In this document: positions 20,316 through 25,060 of the stretch, piece by piece
Layout of the letters: each line of letters opens with the position of its first letter
Numbering within the stretch: the first letter of the stretch is position 1
Source: Chiloscyllium plagiosum
Lineage: Eukaryota
Direction of reading: 5' to 3'
Assembly: GCF_004010195.1 (NCBI RefSeq)
Contig: NC_057718.1
Coordinates: forward strand, 39,922,579-39,947,638
DNA length: 25,060 nucleotides
Notes under the pieces: generated by a model
Told to the model about the DNA's origin: nothing
Database searches by the model: none
The model's input: the letters and a program-made list of their open reading frames with translations, nothing else
Position numbers and translations under genes: made by a program

Positions 20316-20925
20316 ATCTGCTCAGACATGCTGTGACACACCTCTGGAGCAGTGAGACTTGAGCATGGGCCTCCAGGCTCAAACATAAGGACACACCCAA
20401 GAGCCCAAGCAAAAAAAAATAGTTTTCATTTTGCACTCTAGATCAACCCAGCAGATGTATTCAGACACACCTCGGAAGCAAGTTGGACTTGAACCCAGGG
20501 TTTTGTTGACACAGATGTGGAGACATTGCCACAAGAGCCCAAACAAAATATCAATTTTTAGATATTTTCTAATCAACCTATTCAGAGACATTATTGGACA
20601 CCTCTGGAGCAGATGGGACTTGAATCTTGCCTCCAGGCTTAGAGATAGGGACACTCTCACTGCACCATTAGAACATTCCCCGCTTTGAAATAATCACATC
20701 TTCTTTTCTGGATGTCAGTCAGGTTTCTCTAATTCAGTTTAAATAACATTTCACCAAACTGTTCAGATGTGCTACCACATATGTCTAGAGCAGCTGGGAC
20801 TTGCTGGCTCAGAGGAAGGGACAGTACCACTTTCTCATAGGAACCGCTCCAAAATTGAGCTCAGTTATAGATATTTTTAATCAGTGTGTTTAGACGTGTT
20901 ACAACACATGTGCTTGAATCCAGAT
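20312..20925 (-). repeat. Array of five diverged, same-orientation copies of a ~100-115-bp tRNA-derived element
   Basis: Units at ~20312-20406, 20441-20540, 20561-20674, 20745-20850 and 20870-20925 (partial) share gacacacctctggagcag.tgggacttgaa and agggacac blocks; B box GGTTCAAGTCC is intact on the minus strand of unit 2. Confidence 0.8.
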
Positions 20926-21475
20926 ATGGAGATGGTGAGGGTGAAAGGTCAAATGGTTCTGTATCAGAAGCAGCCGATCTGTTAAAAGCTGACATATTAG
21001 TTTTTATGGATTCACTGGTATAAAACAGTTTTAACTCAAGGGAGGGGTAATGTTGAGTCAGTATAAAAATGTCTGTTTATGTCTTCGTAGTCTGAAAGAA
21101 CAGCATGTATCATTGGTAGCCAAATGATAAGTCAGGAAACATTGAAGTTTTAAGCTTCCTATCCTTCAGCAGCAGACTTCACTGGTGTATCTGTGATGAA
21201 GGGCACATAATGAAATTTAATGGCAGTCAGACGCTATCGGGAGGGAAGTAATATTGGTTGATCTCCCAAATTAGAACAAGCATACAGTATGCGAGATTCA
21301 CATTCAAGTATTTGTTAAAGCTGTAGTTATGTGGAAATGTTTTTCAATATAGGATTTTGAATGTTCAAACATATAACTGGCAAGATAACAACTCTACTAA
21401 GTCCTTTGATTTTGAATTTGTGATTGTGCAATTATCAATTGCTGCCAGTTTCTGAAGAATTGAGGTATTTTTGGT

Positions 21476-21996
21476 GAGTATTGTGTGCAGTTGTGGGTGC
21501 CACCTTATACGAAAGATGTGAATGCATTGGGGAAGAGTGCAGAAGAGATTCAAAAGAATGGTTCCAGGAATGAGAAACTTCAGCTATGAGGATAGATTGA
21601 AGAAGTTGGCACTATTCTCCTTGAAGAGAAGAGGCTGTGAAGGGATTGGAGAGAGGTTTTTGAAATTGTGAGTGTGTTGGGTAGAGTAGAGAGGGAGAAG
21701 CTGTAACCGCTCAATAAATGGAAGGTATACAATTGGTATACAAACAAGGCAAGGGTAATGTGAGAAAAACATCTTTTTCACTCACTAAGTAGTTAGATAT
21801 GTAATGCTTTGCCTGGTAATGTTGTGGAGGCAGGTTTAATTGAAGTATTAAAGAAGGCTTTGGAGGCTATTTGGATAGAAATGGGATGCAGGGATATGGG
21901 GAAAAGGCAAGATATTGACACGAGTTAATAGAAACAATGCAGGCACAATGGGCCGAATGACCCCCTTCTGCACTATAACATTTCTGTGATTCTGTG
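21476..21996 (+). mobile_element. 5'-truncated CR1 LINE, degraded
   Basis: EYCVQLW...RVQKRFKRMVPGMRNFSYEDRLKKLALFSL; 3'UTR gggccgaatgacccccttctg and canonical CR1 ATTCTGTG tail repeats. Confidence 0.88.
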
Positions 21997-23147
21997 GTGG
22001 GCAACATAATGGAAAACTTGAATTACCTCTTCAGATGTCACAGCTTCTTCCACAATGCCTTTATGGCAAGAATGGTGTCAGCTCTGATGTAAATTGTTTA
22101 CAATGATACACTGACCTGGTCTTTGTCTGACTTTGTCTTAGAGCCTGAAGCAGTATGCTATCTGCTAAATTGTCAACACCATTATACTCAATTCACAACC
22201 CGGTCAGGGCCCTTTGTATGTTCCACATCATCTGATGAAGGTAAACTGCTCCATCCTCAGTGTATGTACTTTTGGATAATGGCAACCAAATGCTACTTTA
22301 CCCATGCTTTTGCAATTTTTGCGCAAGCTTTATTTCTTTCCATGGTCCATTGTATGCATCTTCTCTTGTACAGTTATGCCTTTCTATAAATTCTTGCCTC
22401 TTCAGAAATGTATTACTTGCTGTAGTCTTTGATTTATTTTTGCTTGCAGTGTTCTCTGCTGGGGGTCTTTTGTCATGTTTTTCCAGCCTTTGAAAGTGCT
22501 TTTTCTCTTCAAGGTTTGGCACTTAGGTGGGTCATGACGTCTGTCATTTATTGGTCCCTGTCACTGCTGAGGTTCTCTTCAGGTGTTTCTCTACACTGGC
22601 CTTGTGGTTTACCAAATAAACTGAACGATTATTGAGCTTCTCTTCAACTCTTTCACTGCCATTTGTTTTTGGTTCCATAGGTCTGGTCCCTGCTGCTACA
22701 ATGTAGAAGTGGGAAGCCTACCATCATCTGAGTGAACATGATCAGATATTATTAAATGTATCTATTCAGGGCAGAGTAAGAGAGAGCACCTTCTGAAGCC
22801 TTATTAGTTCAGGCCCCAGTTCCATATGGTCTGACATCACTATGTCTTTGCTAATTTTGCATATACTCAGTAGCTATTTCTAGATTAATTGAGGTTAATT
22901 AACCGTTTAGCCTACAGTAATTGATACATGAAATGCTGGTGTCACCAGGAATGCCCTGGAAAGGAGCCCCAGATTCAGGTAGCTATTCCTCTTGCTTTCA
23001 GGCCTTTCTCTTAACTCTTTGCTCAGCTGAGCAATTTGAGGACCTGTGATGACTCCAGGATTTCTGTGACCAGCTTAACAGCCATTGCTCCACAGAGGTA
23101 AATGCCAAGCAGGTCAGCACATCTACCCAATATTCCCTGAAGGGTAT

Positions 23148-23497
23148 TGCAGTGATTGGAACCAGGTTGACCTTGTTGACTATGAGGTTGCTGATTGGAA
23201 TTGTTAAGCTGGGTCAATCAGGAAAGACCTGGCTGACCAATATAACCAGGAGATAAAACAGGTGTGCTAAAAAAAGAAAAAAAAAGAAGAAAAAAAAATA
23301 AACAGGAGTGCCCCCTTTTTTGTGAAGGGCAGTGCTTGTTACTGGCCAAGAAGAAAAAAATATAACCAGGAGATTTAGAATCACCTTCATTCAGGCGATT
23401 GACTCTGAACTGGCTGGCTACAGCCAGTGTATTGTACACAAGTAAATAAAGAGTGACTTGGTGACAGGATACCAGCCTCTGTGCTGAATGTGGTTCA
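23148..23497 (+). mobile_element. Probable small solo LTR (retrotransposon type) carrying an internal insertion
   Basis: TG...CA ends, GATTGG/CAATC boxes, TATAA, AATAAA (~23446-23451) and short U5-like gtgacttggtgacaggataccagcctctgtg; no clear TSD, boundaries approximate. Confidence 0.5.
23255..23358 (+). mobile_element. 104-bp A-rich insertion flanked by a 16-bp direct repeat
   Basis: AATATAACCAGGAGAT at 23239-23254 and 23359-23374; insert ends in aagaagaaaaa. Confidence 0.8.
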
Positions 23498-24139
23498 TAA
23501 TAAAGTTGCCCCCCTCCCCCGCACTCTCTGACCAGTCCTTCTTAGCTGGTCAGCTCCCAGGCCTACCAGCCATTAATTGGATGTCCTTGAGAATATCTCA
23601 TTTCACACACCACTCCCCCAGCTACATAAACATGCCAGCAATTTCAGCTCCTGACATTAGGATTTTTATTATTGTCAATAAATGTCTAGCCAATGTTTTA
23701 CAGTAACTTGCAGTAACTGAAATGCCCAGGGTGTAATGGTTTGCAAATTCCAGAAAATGCACCGAATGAAGTGTCACTTCAAATGTTTTTTATGGTTGGG
23801 ATAGGATCCCTAGAGACCCCACCCTTGAAGCAGACTTTCAGGTCATATCCCTTTCATCATTTTTTGCATATTTAAATATCTATAGCCTAACAATGAGATC
23901 CCCTAAAGCCATAAATTATGAGTCTGTATTAAGGATTGCATTGTGTTATCAGATTTTTGAGACTGTGGATTAACTTTAGTTTTACTCACTTGACACGCAT
24001 GCAGAACTGAACTTGAAAGTCTAAAATAGCATCACATGATTTCTTAGGCATGTTCACACTAATATATTGAAAGTCAATCTCCTACATCAACATAAATGAC
24101 ACTATGGACAGTAGGGTGGCTAACTGAACAATACATCAG

Positions 24140-24502
24140 ACATTGGATTGACCAACACTTCACCACTGATGCACAGTGTCAGCAGAAGATATTCCACAGA
24201 AACTCATCAAGTCTCCTTCAATAGCTTCTTCCAAACCTGCAATCTCTCCCACCTCTGAAAAGGGCAGCAGATGAATGGGAAATCACCACACCATTCTGTA
24301 TTGGAACTACATTGCTGTTCCTTGACTATCACAGGATCAAAATCTTGGATCTCTCTCCTCAGGAGCTCTGTGGATGTATTTGCAACAAATTGCTCACAGT
24401 AGTTCAAGAAGGGGCCTTAACGTGACTTTCTCAAGGGCAGTTTGGATGAGCAAAAGATGTTGGCCATGCCAGCAATACCTATACCCCATGAAAGGATTTT
24501 AA
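24140..24502 (+). mobile_element. Degraded LINE 3' end (same family as 20205-20315)
   Basis: Shared terminal block agttcaagaagg...ttctcaagggca...ggatgagcaaaagatgttggccatgccagcaatacctataccccatgaa. Confidence 0.65.
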
Positions 24503-24824
24503 AGATGTGTGCATTGCTGACAAGTTATTAATTATTGCCCATTGTTAATTTCCTTGAGACAACTGATTTGCTTGCTGGGCTATATCAGAGGGTTAAAAAC
24601 AGCTACCACCCCCACGCTGATTGATGATGTCACTTCTGCCCCCATCATGGCCACTCCCACAGCAGATGTGTGCATTGCTGACAAGTTATTAATTATTGCC
24701 CATTGTTAATTTCCTTGAGACAACTGATTTGCTTGCTGGGCTATATCAGAGGGTTAAAAACAGCTACCACCCCCACGCTGATTGATGATGTCACTTCTGC
24801 CCCCATCATGGCCACTCCCACAGC
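24503..24824. repeat. Perfect 161-bp tandem duplication
   Basis: 24503-24663 and 24664-24824 are identical on base-by-base reading. Confidence 0.95.
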
Positions 24825-25060
24825 CACTTCCGGCCCTCACATCATTGCCGATGCCACACGCTCAGTGACTTCCGCCACCCCTACTGCCGTGTCTGCCACC
24901 ACTTCCGACCCCACCAGCGCCACACACCTGCATTCTGCTGACACGCCCCCCACAGACCCCACTGTCACTATCCCCACCCTCCAGAACCCCGAGGGGAACA
25001 CTACCCCTGCTCATGACTCTACCCCCATTCCCCCCACCATCACACCCACTCCAGGTACTG
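24761..25060 (+). mobile_element. C-rich, CpG-retaining repeat running off the window, possibly the low-complexity region upstream of RT in a PLE ORF
   Basis: Abrupt switch to the strongly C-rich composition seen in the PLE copies; repeated cacttccg motif; no diagnostic protein motif inside the window. Confidence 0.4.

Noticed and set aside
20312..20925. CRISPR-like array or functional tRNA gene cluster
   Set aside because: Eukaryotic context; units are ~110 bp and highly diverged, and no full cloverleaf could be folded by eye.
22229..22255. Further hammerhead (CTGATGAAGG...GCTCC); also CTGATGA at 17510
   Set aside because: No GAAA after a stem II, no closing stems and no pLTR context.

Overview
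Repeat-rich vertebrate genomic DNA, most likely a shark or other cartilaginous fish (inferred from HE1/V-SINE, Deu-domain and CR1 repeat types). It has two assembly gaps. Bases 1-4479 are the 3' half of a decayed class I endogenous retrovirus: pol connection/RNase H/integrase, a gamma-type env with HERV-I/HERV-IP-like motifs, a polypurine tract and a complete 582-bp 3' LTR (TGTGAGA...TCTCACA). The rest is a patchwork of retroelements: Penelope-like elements (PLEs; RT plus GIY-YIG) and many short PLE termini, CR1 LINEs, tRNA-derived SINEs and a probable solo LTR. The most notable signals are: (i) minimal hammerhead-ribozyme motifs in PLE termini, including a fold-back element with a hammerhead on each strand and a palindromic 12-bp TSD; (ii) truncation and inversion points clustering at the hammerhead; (iii) a nested CR1>SINE>PLE insertion; (iv) a five-unit head-to-tail array of a tRNA-derived element; (v) a 104-bp TSD-flanked insert in the solo LTR. 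No intact host gene was identified, only weak exon candidates. Family assignments come from motif recognition by eye, not database searches.
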